64,000 nucleotides of DNA from an uncultured Dehalococcoidia bacterium (GTDB lineage Bacteria > Chloroflexota > Dehalococcoidia > SZUA-161): assembly GCA_964574685.1 (NCBI GenBank), contig CAZNOI010000005.1, positions 69,875 through 133,874 of the forward strand. The letters run 5' to 3'. Under the pieces are notes generated by a model, which was not told the origin of the DNA, made no database searches, and was given only the letters and a program-made list of their open reading frames with translations. The translations under genes and the position numbers were made by a program. Of the stretch, positions 27,489 to 36,945 are shown one piece after another (the stretch's first letter is position 1; the number at the start of each line of letters is the position of its first letter).

Positions 27489-29825
27489 ATGACTGAGGGG
27501 ATTGATGCGGGACGCGGTCGCGTCTCAAGAGCGGTAGCCGAGGCCGGCGACGGCCTGCTGCGAGTAAGTGTGCGCGGCGTCGTTCAGGGGGTCGGCTTCA
27601 GGCCGTTCGTCTACCAGTTGGCCGGTGAGCACGGCCTCCGGGGATGGGTGTGCAACACCTCGGGTGACGTCAAGATCGAGGCGGAAGGAGCCCGGGAATC
27701 GCTGCAGCGCTTCCTTGAGGAGCTGACCAACAGGGCGCCGCCGATGGCACGGATAGAGGACGTTGCCTTCACCTGGGACTCGCCCTCGGGCTACACGTCA
27801 TTCGAGATTCGACAGAGTGTGGCCGAATCAGAGAAATACCAGCTCGTATCGCCGGATATCGCCACCTGTGATCAATGTCTGGCAGAGGTCCTGTCCCCGC
27901 AGGACAGGCGCTATCGCTATCCCTTCACTAACTGCACGAACTGCGGCCCTCGCTTCACGATAATCGAGGATATTCCCTACGACCGCCCCAAGACGACGAT
28001 GCGCGTCTTTACCATGTGTCCCGAGTGCCAACGTGAATACGAGGACCCGATGGACCGGCGCTTCCACGCTCAGCCGAACGCTTGTCCCGTGTGCGGACCG
28101 GAACTGAGCCTGCTTGACCCCGCAGGCCGACCGCTTCCCTGCGACGATACGCTGGCTGAGGCGGCGCGACTGCTGAGGAACGGCAACGTGCTGGCTGTCA
28201 AGGGGCTGGGAGGCTTCCTTCTGGCCTGCGACGCGACCAGCGAGACCGCAGTCCACACACTGAGAGAGCGCAAGAGGAGACCGCACAAACCCTTCGCCGT
28301 GATGCTGGCAGACCTGGACGAGGTCAGGCATCATTGCGAAGTATCTGAGCAGGAGGAAGAGCTTCTTCGTTCTCCGGCGAGTCCCATTGTCCTCCTCAGA
28401 TGGAGACATGGCTCGAACATCGCGAAGAGGGTAGCGCCCGGACTGGACTACATGGGAGTGATGATTCCGTACACGCCCATGCACCACCTGCTTCTTCGAG
28501 AGGCGCATTTGCCCCTGGTAATGACCAGCGGCAATCTGAGCGAGGAGCCTATAGCGAAGGATAACGACGAGGCGCTTGTCCGGCTTGGTGGAATCGCCGA
28601 CTGCTTCCTGGTGCACAATCGTGGCATTCACTCACGATATGACGACAGCGTCGCGCTGGTGGAGTTCGGGAAGGCGAGGGTGATTAGGCGGGCGCGAGGC
28701 TATGCTCCGTACCCGATCCATCTCCCTTTCTCGCTGAGACAAGTGCTCGCCTGCGGGCCTGAACTCAAGAACACTTTCTGTCTGATCAGAGACAATCATG
28801 CTTTCGTGAGCCAGCATATCGGGGACATGGAGAACCTCGAAACCATGAACCACTTCGAGAGCACGATTGAACTGTACAGGCAACTGTTCAGGATCGATCC
28901 CGAGATCGTGGCGTACGACATGCACCCCGAGTACCTGTCCACCAAGTATGCGCTGTCGCTGGCAGAAACAAGGAAGGACCTGGAGTTCGTGGCCGTCCAG
29001 CATCATCATGCCCACATCGTGAGCTGCATGGTGGAAAACGAGGTAAAGGAACCGGTAATCGGCGTTTCGTTCGACGGCACGGGTTACGGCACCGATGGCT
29101 GCATCTGGGGCGGCGAGTTCATGGTCGCCGATTTGAATGGTTTCCAGCGGCTGGGCCATTTCGAGTATGTACCCATGCCCGGAGGCGCGGTCTCGATCCA
29201 CCGCCCGTACCGCATGGCGGCAAGCTATGTGCTCACGTTGCTTGGGGGAGAGGCGTTGACCGCCGAGCTTCCGGCGTGCGCGGAAATGCAGGAGGGGGAA
29301 CTCGACATAATCCGCAGACAGCTTGCCAGCGGCATCAACTCACCCCTGACATCCAGCGCGGGCAGGCTATTTGACGCCGTGTCGGCGCTGATAGGTGTTC
29401 GCGGCGTGGCCGGCTACGATGCCCAGGCTGCCATTGAACTGGAGATGGTAGCGGCGGATGGGCAGTGGCCCTGCTACGACTACGTACTGGATGAACAGGA
29501 CGGCGTCTCGATCATGAGGCTGAGTGCTCTGTTCGCCGGGGTGCTCGGTGACCTTCGCGGCGGCGTGCCCCCGTCGGGGATATCGGCGAAGTTCCATGAG
29601 ACGATGGCGAGACTGATAGCGGACGTCTGCGACGGGATCAAGGCGAAGACAGGGATCTCCCGCGTGGCACTTAGCGGCGGTGTGTTCCAGAATCGGCTCT
29701 TGCTCAGGCTGGCAGTGTCTTCTCTGCAGAGCGCCGGTTTCGATGTCATAACGCATGAGAGAGTACCGACCAACGACGGCGGAGTTTCCCTGGGGCAGGC
29801 TGTTATCGCCGGCGTCGCTGGATGA
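27489..29825 (+). CDS. hypF: carbamoyltransferase HypF
   Basis: GVVQGVGFRPFVY, two zinc fingers, KGLGGF, QHHHAH and NDGGVSLGQ motifs. Confidence 0.98.
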   Translation: MTEGIDAGRGRVSRAVAEAGDGLLRVSVRGVVQGVGFRPFVYQLAGEHGLRGWVCNTSGDVKIEAEGARESLQRFLEELTNRAPPMARIEDVAFTWDSPSGYTSFEIRQSVAESEKYQLVSPDIATCDQCLAEVLSPQDRRYRYPFTNCTNCGPRFTIIEDIPYDRPKTTMRVFTMCPECQREYEDPMDRRFHAQPNACPVCGPELSLLDPAGRPLPCDDTLAEAARLLRNGNVLAVKGLGGFLLACDATSETAVHTLRERKRRPHKPFAVMLADLDEVRHHCEVSEQEEELLRSPASPIVLLRWRHGSNIAKRVAPGLDYMGVMIPYTPMHHLLLREAHLPLVMTSGNLSEEPIAKDNDEALVRLGGIADCFLVHNRGIHSRYDDSVALVEFGKARVIRRARGYAPYPIHLPFSLRQVLACGPELKNTFCLIRDNHAFVSQHIGDMENLETMNHFESTIELYRQLFRIDPEIVAYDMHPEYLSTKYALSLAETRKDLEFVAVQHHHAHIVSCMVENEVKEPVIGVSFDGTGYGTDGCIWGGEFMVADLNGFQRLGHFEYVPMPGGAVSIHRPYRMAASYVLTLLGGEALTAELPACAEMQEGELDIIRRQLASGINSPLTSSAGRLFDAVSALIGVRGVAGYDAQAAIELEMVAADGQWPCYDYVLDEQDGVSIMRLSALFAGVLGDLRGGVPPSGISAKFHETMARLIADVCDGIKAKTGISRVALSGGVFQNRLLLRLAVSSLQSAGFDVITHERVPTNDGGVSLGQAVIAGVAG

Positions 29826-29842
29826 ATTGAGGAGACTGAAGG

Positions 29843-30067
29843 ATGTGTCTGGCAATACCCGCACTTGTGAAATCGATAGAAGGCATGGAGGCGGACGTTG
29901 AGATTGGAGGAGTGAGCCGCAGGGCCAGTGTCATGCTCACGCCGGAAGTGAAGGTCGGCGACTACGTCCTGCTACATACCGGGTATGCCATAAGCGTGAT
30001 AGACGAAGAAGAGGCCCGGGAAACCCTCGACCTGCTATCGGAGATGGTGGAGGCCGCGGAAGACTGA
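29843..30067 (+). CDS. hypC: hydrogenase maturation chaperone HypC
   Basis: MCLAIP...VGDYVLLHTGYA. Confidence 0.97.
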   Translation: MCLAIPALVKSIEGMEADVEIGGVSRRASVMLTPEVKVGDYVLLHTGYAISVIDEEEARETLDLLSEMVEAAED

Positions 30068-30100
30068 TACGGCGCTGGAAGCCGGGCCCTCTATGCATTC

Positions 30101-31195
30101 ATGAAGTTCATCGACGAGTACCGCGACCCCGAACTGGCCAGGAAGCTGGTCGAGCGTATCCGCGAGAAGTCTACCAGGCCTGCACGGCTGATGGAGTTCT
30201 GCGGCGGGCACACGGTCGCCATCGCGAGGCACGGGATTCGCCAGCTCCTGCCTCCCACGGTCGAGATGCTTTCCGGCCCGGGCTGTCCCGTGTGCGTGAC
30301 TGCCAACGCTGACCTGGACAAGGCAATTGCGCTTGCTGGCGCGCCCGATTTGATACTGACGACATTCGGGGACATGATTAAGGTCCCGGCGAGCCGAAGC
30401 AGCCTGCAGCAGGCGAAGGCGGAAGGCGCAGATGTCAGGATTGTCTATTCGACTCAGGATGCCCTAGAGATCGCCGCGGCGAACCCTTCGAAGTCAGTTG
30501 TATTCATCGGGATCGGCTTTGAGACCACAGCCCCGACAGTGGCCGCTTCTGTGGTCCAGGCCGAGCAGAGACGATTGACGAACTACTATGTTCTGTCCCA
30601 GCACAAGATCTGCCCTCCCATAATCAAGGCTGTGCTCGACTCGGGAGAGGTGAAGCTGGACGGCATAGTATGCCCGGGTCACGTGAGTGCGATTATCGGG
30701 TCGGTGCCTTACGAGTTCATTCCCAGGGATTACGGAATAGGCTGCGTGGTGTCCGGGTTCGAACCCCTTGACATCCTGCAATGTGTTGAGATGCTGGTCG
30801 ACCAGGTGGAGTCGGGACAGCCCATAGTAGAAATCGCGTACCAGCGTGGTGTCAGGGAGACAGGCAACAGCACCGCACTGGAGCTACTGTATCGCGTGTT
30901 CGAGCTGTGCGAAGGGAACTGGAGGGGGGTCGGGACGGTGCCCGGCAGCGGGCTGAAGCTGCGACCCGAATACGAAAGCTTTGACGCGGAGAGGGCTTTT
31001 GACATCTCGCCGGGCGAGCCCGTGGAGCCGCAGGGATGCATTTGCGGCGATATCCTTCGAGGTGTAAGCACACCTCTGGAGTGCAGTCTCTTCAGGAGCG
31101 TATGCAACCCCGAGCATCCCGTGGGCCCTTGTATGGTGTCATCCGAGGGTAGCTGCGCTGCGTACTACCGGTACGAGGACGGCTATGGAAGATAG
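30101..31195 (+). CDS. hypD: hydrogenase maturation protein HypD
   Basis: CGGHT, GPGCPVC, GFETT, PGHVS and GPCMVSSEGSC motifs. Confidence 0.98.
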   Translation: MKFIDEYRDPELARKLVERIREKSTRPARLMEFCGGHTVAIARHGIRQLLPPTVEMLSGPGCPVCVTANADLDKAIALAGAPDLILTTFGDMIKVPASRSSLQQAKAEGADVRIVYSTQDALEIAAANPSKSVVFIGIGFETTAPTVAASVVQAEQRRLTNYYVLSQHKICPPIIKAVLDSGEVKLDGIVCPGHVSAIIGSVPYEFIPRDYGIGCVVSGFEPLDILQCVEMLVDQVESGQPIVEIAYQRGVRETGNSTALELLYRVFELCEGNWRGVGTVPGSGLKLRPEYESFDAERAFDISPGEPVEPQGCICGDILRGVSTPLECSLFRSVCNPEHPVGPCMVSSEGSCAAYYRYEDGYGR

Positions 31196-32189
31196 GGTGC
31201 TGCTTGCGCACGGCAGCGGCGGCAAGCTGAGCCATGATCTCATCTCTGACAACCTTCTCCCGGCTTTCGGCAATGTCTACCTGGACAAGCTCGACGATTC
31301 AGCGGTGTTCGATCTCAGCGGACGCCTAGCAATGACCACCGACAGCTACGTCGTGAACCCGATCTTCTTCCCCGGAGGCGACATCGGGAGGCTGGCGGTC
31401 TGTGGGACTGTCAACGACCTGGCGATGTGCGGCGCAGCACCGAAGTACCTCAGCATATCGCTGATCATCGAGGAAGGCCTGCGCATGGCCGACCTGCGCC
31501 TGGTGGTGGAATCCATCCGCGATGCGGCGAGCGAGGCAGGAGTCATGATCGTTACCGGCGACACCAAGGTGGTCGACAACGGCAGCGCCGACATGCTGTT
31601 CATTAACAGCACCGGGGTAGGGGTTGTGCCGGATGGTCTCAGTATCTCCGGTTCGAGCGCCAAGCCGGGAGATGCGGTCATTCTCAGCGGCCCCATCGGC
31701 GATCACGGAATAGCGGTCATGAGCAAGAGAGAGGGCCTGGAATTCGGCACGCCGGTTGAGAGCGACTGTGCGCCCCTCAACGGGCTCGTGGCCGACATGC
31801 TGTCGACCGGGGCCGAGATCCATTGCATGCGTGACCCCACCAGGGGCGGTCTCGCGAGCACACTCAATGAGTTCGCCGGCAGCTCCGGCGTAGGCATACG
31901 CATTGAAGAGACGGCGATACCTGTGCGAGAGGCAGTGCGCGGCGCCTGCGAGCTGCTGGGCTTTGACCCGCTCTATGTCGCCAACGAAGGGAAGCTCGTC
32001 GCGGTGGTTGCACCAGAGTCTTCGAGCAAGCTGGTCGACATAATGCGCTGGCACAAGTACGGGACCGACGCCGCCGTCATCGGAGAGGTGGTATCGGACC
32101 ACCCCGGCCGTGTTGTAATGAAGACGGCGATGGGAGCTTTGCGCATTGTGGACATGCTGGTGGGGGAGCAGCTTCCCAGAATCTGCTGA
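31185..32189 (+). CDS. hypE: carbamoyl dehydratase HypE
   Basis: AHGSGG, RDPTRGG and C-terminal LPRIC. Confidence 0.98.
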   Translation: MEDRVLLAHGSGGKLSHDLISDNLLPAFGNVYLDKLDDSAVFDLSGRLAMTTDSYVVNPIFFPGGDIGRLAVCGTVNDLAMCGAAPKYLSISLIIEEGLRMADLRLVVESIRDAASEAGVMIVTGDTKVVDNGSADMLFINSTGVGVVPDGLSISGSSAKPGDAVILSGPIGDHGIAVMSKREGLEFGTPVESDCAPLNGLVADMLSTGAEIHCMRDPTRGGLASTLNEFAGSSGVGIRIEETAIPVREAVRGACELLGFDPLYVANEGKLVAVVAPESSSKLVDIMRWHKYGTDAAVIGEVVSDHPGRVVMKTAMGALRIVDMLVGEQLPRIC

Positions 32190-32217
32190 TACGCGGCCCT
32201 CTGCGTCTGAAGGTGTA

Positions 32218-32475
32218 GTGAGCGGACTCGGGCAGTCAACCGGAGAGAGCCGTGCCTACTGTGCCAGGCACCGTCGCTACTATCTGGCGGCTTCAAGTTG
32301 CGAGCTGTGCACGTATGAGGAGAGGGTGAAGACAAGGGGCGAGACTGTACTGTCCAGGCTTCTCCAGTGCCCGGCGTGCGATCAGATGTCGCTCCTGTGG
32401 TATCCGTGCCGCAACATGTGCGAATGCCTCAACCTGGAGTGCAAGCTCCAGCTTGCGGACGAGAAGGACTACTAG
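32218..32475 (+). CDS. small Cys-rich hypothetical protein
   Basis: YCARH...CELC...CPAC...CECLNLEC; GTG start after AAGGTG. Confidence 0.55.
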   Translation: MSGLGQSTGESRAYCARHRRYYLAASSCELCTYEERVKTRGETVLSRLLQCPACDQMSLLWYPCRNMCECLNLECKLQLADEKDY

Positions 32476-32484
32476 TCGGCTGCC

Positions 32485-32829
32485 CTAGTCCTCCAGTTCA
32501 AGACTCTCCAGGTAGACCTCCTCACCGGAGAAGAGCTCCACGTTCGTGCTGCCGCAATTGGGGCACTGCGAATGCTCTGCGTCCGCCGGGAACACCTGGG
32601 CGCAATCCCCGCACCTGTAGACGTCCGAGAAGACATCAATCTCGATTGTGGCACCCTCGGCGATAGTGTCTTTGGCCGAGGCCTGGATGCAGGTAGTCAT
32701 CGCTTCCGGCGTGATATGCGTCTTGCCGCCGAGCCTCACCTTGATCAGGCTGATTCGCTTGGCTTTGTGCTTTTCGGCTTCCTGCAAAGCGTGTTTCACC
32801 ACGCCGTCCGCTATGTGGAATTCGTGCAT
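32485..32829 (-). CDS. hypA: nickel metallochaperone HypA
   Basis: MHE N-terminus (ATG 32829), CGDC and CPNCGS, SGEE. Confidence 0.93.
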   Translation of the reverse strand: MHEFHIADGVVKHALQEAEKHKAKRISLIKVRLGGKTHITPEAMTTCIQASAKDTIAEGATIEIDVFSDVYRCGDCAQVFPADAEHSQCPNCGSTNVELFSGEEVYLESLELED

Positions 32830-33287
32830 GAGTTCCTCCGTAGCCTTTCCATAATCATGTTCACGCAGATGGGTACAGCCTCCCGGACCTCGGGTGTGCA
32901 TTCTTCACCGAACGTGCCCGCATCCTCAATGGCGATACCGAAGATGACCATCTCGCGGGGGAGGTCCATCTCAAGCCTGCGGCCGAGGTCGAGCGCCGTT
33001 GCGAAGTTGACGTCGTGAACCGAAGATAGGTGCCTGGCCTCGTCGAAGGCCTCGGGTGAGAGTTGAAGCACCTCCCCCGGTCGGTAGCCTGCCATCTCTA
33101 CTGCGTCGACTATGAACGCTCTGTCATAGCCAGAGAGTATGTCCAGCAGCCTGAGACCAGCGAGACTGGTCTCTTCCACAGTGACGTCGCTGTTGTCGAT
33201 TCTGGACTTCAGTTCGGACGCCACCAGCAGTCCCACGCTGTCATCGCTTAGTATGGGATTACCCAGCCCCAGTATAAGTGTTCTCAA
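32811..33287 (-). CDS. hydrogenase maturation endopeptidase (HycI/HybD family)
   Basis: LGLGNPILSDDSVG, VDA and SVH motifs. Confidence 0.93.
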   Translation of the reverse strand: MRTLILGLGNPILSDDSVGLLVASELKSRIDNSDVTVEETSLAGLRLLDILSGYDRAFIVDAVEMAGYRPGEVLQLSPEAFDEARHLSSVHDVNFATALDLGRRLEMDLPREMVIFGIAIEDAGTFGEECTPEVREAVPICVNMIMERLRRNSCTNST

Positions 33288-33399
33288 CAGACCACTCTCG
33301 CCGTCGATTATACCTGAGGGATACCCCCCGGAACAACGCGTTAATCCGATGCTGGTTTCGAGGCGTACCCCCCGACTGAGCCAGTTATGATTGCTGCGC

Positions 33400-33428
33400 T
33401 GGACATACCGTTATGGAAAACGTATAAT
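33400..33428 (+). promoter_or_regulatory. sigma70 promoter of the hydrogenase operon
   Basis: TGGACA-N17-TATAAT, implying a ~245-nt leader. Confidence 0.75.
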
Positions 33429-33677
33429 CTCAGGAGGGAGCGGCAATTCCGCGCAAGGCGTGCTTCGCAATGCCACCGGGCGGCTCAACCACAGGAGTTC
33501 AATGGGGACGGGGACCCCTGGCAGACAGCAGGACAGGCGCTTCCGTTCAGGTCAGCCTCGACCGATATCCGTTCCTATCCCAATCCAGTTTCGCCCGGAA
33601 CCCGGTTGGGCGGGCTACCTGACAGTATCCCCATTCCGGGCTACCATCCGAAGTAACTAGCGACAGGAGGCCTCAGT

Positions 33678-35465
33678 ATGTGGAAGACAGACAGCACGGG
33701 AAAGGGGCGTGCGGAAGACGCGGTGATGCAGTTCCTTCCGCCATGCCAGATTCGATGTCCCATCAACGAGGATATCCAGCGTACCAACGTGCTCATATCT
33801 CTCCTGCCAGAAGACCCGAACCAGGCCAAAGAAGGTATCATCCAGATAGGTGACTACCTCTACGACAAGAACCCTTTCTTCACGGTCTGCGGCTACATCT
33901 GCGGCCTCTGTGAGAACGACTGCAACTACCGGACGAGGGGCGGCTCTATCAAGAGGCGCCTGCTCAAGCGCTTCCTCTCGGATACCTATACGCCGTATCT
34001 ATCTCAGAAGAAGCCGCTCGAAGTGAAGAAGGACAAGGACAAGGTGGCGGTCATCGGCGGCGGGCCCGGCGGCCTTATGTGCGCATATGAACTGAGCAAG
34101 AGGGGCTACAGGGTAACACTCTTTGACGACGCCGACAAGCTCGGGGGCGCCGTGAGGTACATTCCCGAGTACCGCCTTCCCGAAGAGGTTATGGACGCGG
34201 TAGTTGACAACCTGGTCCGGATAGCTGGCATAGAAGTCAAGCTGAAGACCAAGGTCGGCGAGGGCGGAGTCACGCTTCAGAAGCTGCGGGATGAAGGCTA
34301 CAAGGCGTTCTTCATTGCCACCGGAACTCCCTACCCTCGGCCACTGACCTTCGAAGGCGCCAAGGTCGAGGGCCAGGAGCAGGAGGGCGTCATGTACGGC
34401 CTCAAGCTCCTCTGGGATGCCAACAGGGGAGAAGTGCCGTCCGACCGCTTCAAGGGTAAGGATGTTATCGTAGTCGGTGGCGGCAACGTGGCCTTCGACG
34501 TCGCTCGGACCGCCAGGCGGCTTGGCGGCGACGTCACGCTGGTGGCTCTGGAGGTGCTGGACAAGGCATCGAAGGATGCGATCCCGGCGGATGTCGAGGA
34601 GATCGAAGGAGCGCGCGAAGAGGGAATACGAATCATCCCGTCGCGCGGAGTGCGAGGAATAGCGAAGTCGGACGGCAAGCTGAAGCTCGATTGCCCGCTC
34701 TGTGTCAGCGTGTTCGACGAGAAGGGATTCAATCCACAGTTCGAGTGTGCGGACTGCATTCCGCTGGAGGCCGACAACGTTCTGATTACCATTGGCCAGA
34801 TGGGGGACCGAGCGTTCCTTCAGAACGAGGGCCTCTTCAACGAAGCGGGCAGACTGCAGGTCGATCCGGTCGATCTGCGGGGGCGGGTTCCCGATGTGTT
34901 CATAGGCGGCGATGTGCGGCGAATCGGTTTCCTCGCTGACGCCATGCAGGAGGGCGTTGAGGCGGCTGAGTCCATCGATCGCTATCTGAGCGGGGTTGAC
35001 CTGAAACGGGACAGGGTACGCGAGTACAGCCCGTACGATGCGCCTTACCGCAGCAGGTATGAGGAAGAGCCGAAGCACAAGTGGATGCCCGCTGACAGCC
35101 GGATGAACTTCAATATGTTCGAGCAGGGATTCACCCTGCCGGAGGCGATCGAGGAGGCGAGGAGGTGCATTACCTGCGGGCCGTGCGTGTCCTGCAAAGC
35201 ATGCGTCTCAGTCGGCATCCAGGACGAGCTGACCCCGGCGCAGGTGGATGAGGACCTGTGTTGCGGCTGCAAGATGTGCTTTTATGCCTGCAACTACGAT
35301 GCCGCGGGACTCAAGGAGGTCGACGGCAGGCTCGTCTCCTACACGGACGAGCTGAAGTGCAAGTCGTGCGGCATGTGTGTGGCGGCCTGTCCGTCGGGTG
35401 CGAGGTCGCTCTCCGGTGACAGGACACCCGCCCGAATCCAGGAGGTCTACAGTGCTCTCCGGTAG
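33678..35465 (+). CDS. GltD/NfnB-like FAD- and NAD(P)-binding oxidoreductase with C-terminal ferredoxin domain
   Basis: PPCQIRCP...NPF..VCGYICGLCENDC; GGGPGG; GGGNVAFD; EEARRCITC; CCGCKMC...C and CKSCGMCVAACP. Confidence 0.88.
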   Translation: MWKTDSTGKGRAEDAVMQFLPPCQIRCPINEDIQRTNVLISLLPEDPNQAKEGIIQIGDYLYDKNPFFTVCGYICGLCENDCNYRTRGGSIKRRLLKRFLSDTYTPYLSQKKPLEVKKDKDKVAVIGGGPGGLMCAYELSKRGYRVTLFDDADKLGGAVRYIPEYRLPEEVMDAVVDNLVRIAGIEVKLKTKVGEGGVTLQKLRDEGYKAFFIATGTPYPRPLTFEGAKVEGQEQEGVMYGLKLLWDANRGEVPSDRFKGKDVIVVGGGNVAFDVARTARRLGGDVTLVALEVLDKASKDAIPADVEEIEGAREEGIRIIPSRGVRGIAKSDGKLKLDCPLCVSVFDEKGFNPQFECADCIPLEADNVLITIGQMGDRAFLQNEGLFNEAGRLQVDPVDLRGRVPDVFIGGDVRRIGFLADAMQEGVEAAESIDRYLSGVDLKRDRVREYSPYDAPYRSRYEEEPKHKWMPADSRMNFNMFEQGFTLPEAIEEARRCITCGPCVSCKACVSVGIQDELTPAQVDEDLCCGCKMCFYACNYDAAGLKEVDGRLVSYTDELKCKSCGMCVAACPSGARSLSGDRTPARIQEVYSALR

Positions 35466-35499
35466 GCTGGGGAAGCTACTCTCTAGGAGGTCGACGAAA

Positions 35500-35916
35500 A
35501 TGTCCGATGGCGAACCGAAAGTCGTTTGTTTCTCCTGCAATTTCAGTTGGGGCTACCTGGCCGACAGAGATGCCCTTGCGTCGCAGGTCAAGAACTGGGT
35601 CCCGGTCGTGTGCACAGGCAAGATCGATATTACGCACATACTTGATGCCTTTCGGGCGGGCGCCGACGGGGTGCTGATCCTTGGGTGCCCCGAAGGTGAC
35701 TGCCACTTCCAGGACGGCAACATCGAGTGCAAGAAGAGGGTCTTCCTGCTAGGGAAGCTGCTGGAGGACTACGGGATCGAGAAGGACAGGCTTCGGATCG
35801 AGCTTGCAAGCGACCCCGATGGCAGCAAGCTCCCGCAGATGGTCAAGCAGATGAGCGAGAGCATTGCCCGGCTGGGCCCCGTCAAGAAAGTCGAGGCGCC
35901 AAGCAAGGTGGCATAG
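35500..35916 (+). CDS. mvhD: hydrogenase iron-sulfur subunit D ([2Fe-2S], MvhD family)
   Basis: RBS AGGAGG; VVCTGKI, AFRAGADGVLILGCPEGDCHF, GN and RL motifs. Confidence 0.9.
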   Translation: MSDGEPKVVCFSCNFSWGYLADRDALASQVKNWVPVVCTGKIDITHILDAFRAGADGVLILGCPEGDCHFQDGNIECKKRVFLLGKLLEDYGIEKDRLRIELASDPDGSKLPQMVKQMSESIARLGPVKKVEAPSKVA

Positions 35917-35959
35917 ACGCCTGCAGGGAGAATCGACTGAATGGAGAGAGGAGTTCATT

Positions 35960-36925
35960 ATGGCTGACAAACCGAAGGTTGCGATTTGCTGGCTCGGGTC
36001 CTGCGGTGGCTGCGATGAAGCAGTGGTCGACATAAACGAAGCGGTCCTCACTGTGGCCGATGCCACGGATATCATTCTGTGGCCGGTGGCGCTGGACTAC
36101 AAGTACCACCACATAGAGGCCATGCAGGACGGTGAGATCACACTGAGTATCATCAATGGTCATATCAGGAACTCGGAGCAGGAAGAGGTGGCTAGGCTGC
36201 TCAGGAAGAAGTCCAAGCTCGTCCTGGCGTTCGGCGCATGTGCCTGCTTCGGAGGCACGCCGGGCATGGCCAACTTCAGAACCAAGGACGACATTTTCAA
36301 CTGGGTGTACCGGGATGCGCCCACGGTGGTCAACCCGAATGACAACAGGCCGCAGCCGAAGTCTACTGTCAACGGCAAGGAGCTAACCCTGCCTGAGTTC
36401 TACGAGCAGGTCTACGCTCTGAACCAGAGCATCGACGTGGACTACTATCTCCCCGGTTGTCCGCCTCCTCCGGACCTGATTGTAAACGCGGTGATGGCGG
36501 TGCTCGAGGGACGCCTCCCCGAAAAGGGCTCGACGCTGGCGCCGGCCCGGGCGCTTTGTGATACCTGCCCGCGCAACAAGACCAAGCCGGACAAGATATC
36601 GGTCAAGGAGTTCAAGCGGATACACGAGGTGGAGGCCGACCCCGATACATGCTTCCTGGCTCAGGGTATCGTGTGCCTGGGACCGGCTATTCGCTCCGGT
36701 TGCGGCGAGGCTTGCATGAATATCAACATCCCGTGCAGAGGCTGCTTCGGCCCTGTCGAGGGAGTGGGCGACGCTGGAGCCAGGCTGCTGTGCTCGCTGG
36801 CGTCGATTGTCGAGGCGGAGAGCGACAGTGAGCTGGAACAGGTGATGAGCACACTGGCCGATCCGGCCGGATACGCATACAGGTTCTCGGCGCCGATCTC
36901 GACACTGGTCAAGAAGCGGGTCTAG
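35960..36925 (+). CDS. mvhG: group 3c [NiFe]-hydrogenase small subunit
   Basis: SCGGCD, WPVALD, FGACACFGG, PGCPP, CDTC, CLGP and PCRGCFGP motifs. Confidence 0.92.
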   Translation: MADKPKVAICWLGSCGGCDEAVVDINEAVLTVADATDIILWPVALDYKYHHIEAMQDGEITLSIINGHIRNSEQEEVARLLRKKSKLVLAFGACACFGGTPGMANFRTKDDIFNWVYRDAPTVVNPNDNRPQPKSTVNGKELTLPEFYEQVYALNQSIDVDYYLPGCPPPPDLIVNAVMAVLEGRLPEKGSTLAPARALCDTCPRNKTKPDKISVKEFKRIHEVEADPDTCFLAQGIVCLGPAIRSGCGEACMNINIPCRGCFGPVEGVGDAGARLLCSLASIVEAESDSELEQVMSTLADPAGYAYRFSAPISTLVKKRV

Positions 36926-36945
36926 GAAGTCAAGGAGGAGCGACA

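Noticed and set aside
33678-35465. Annotation as glutamate synthase small subunit
   Set aside because: No gltB nearby, it has an extra ferredoxin domain, and it is operonic with mvhDGA.
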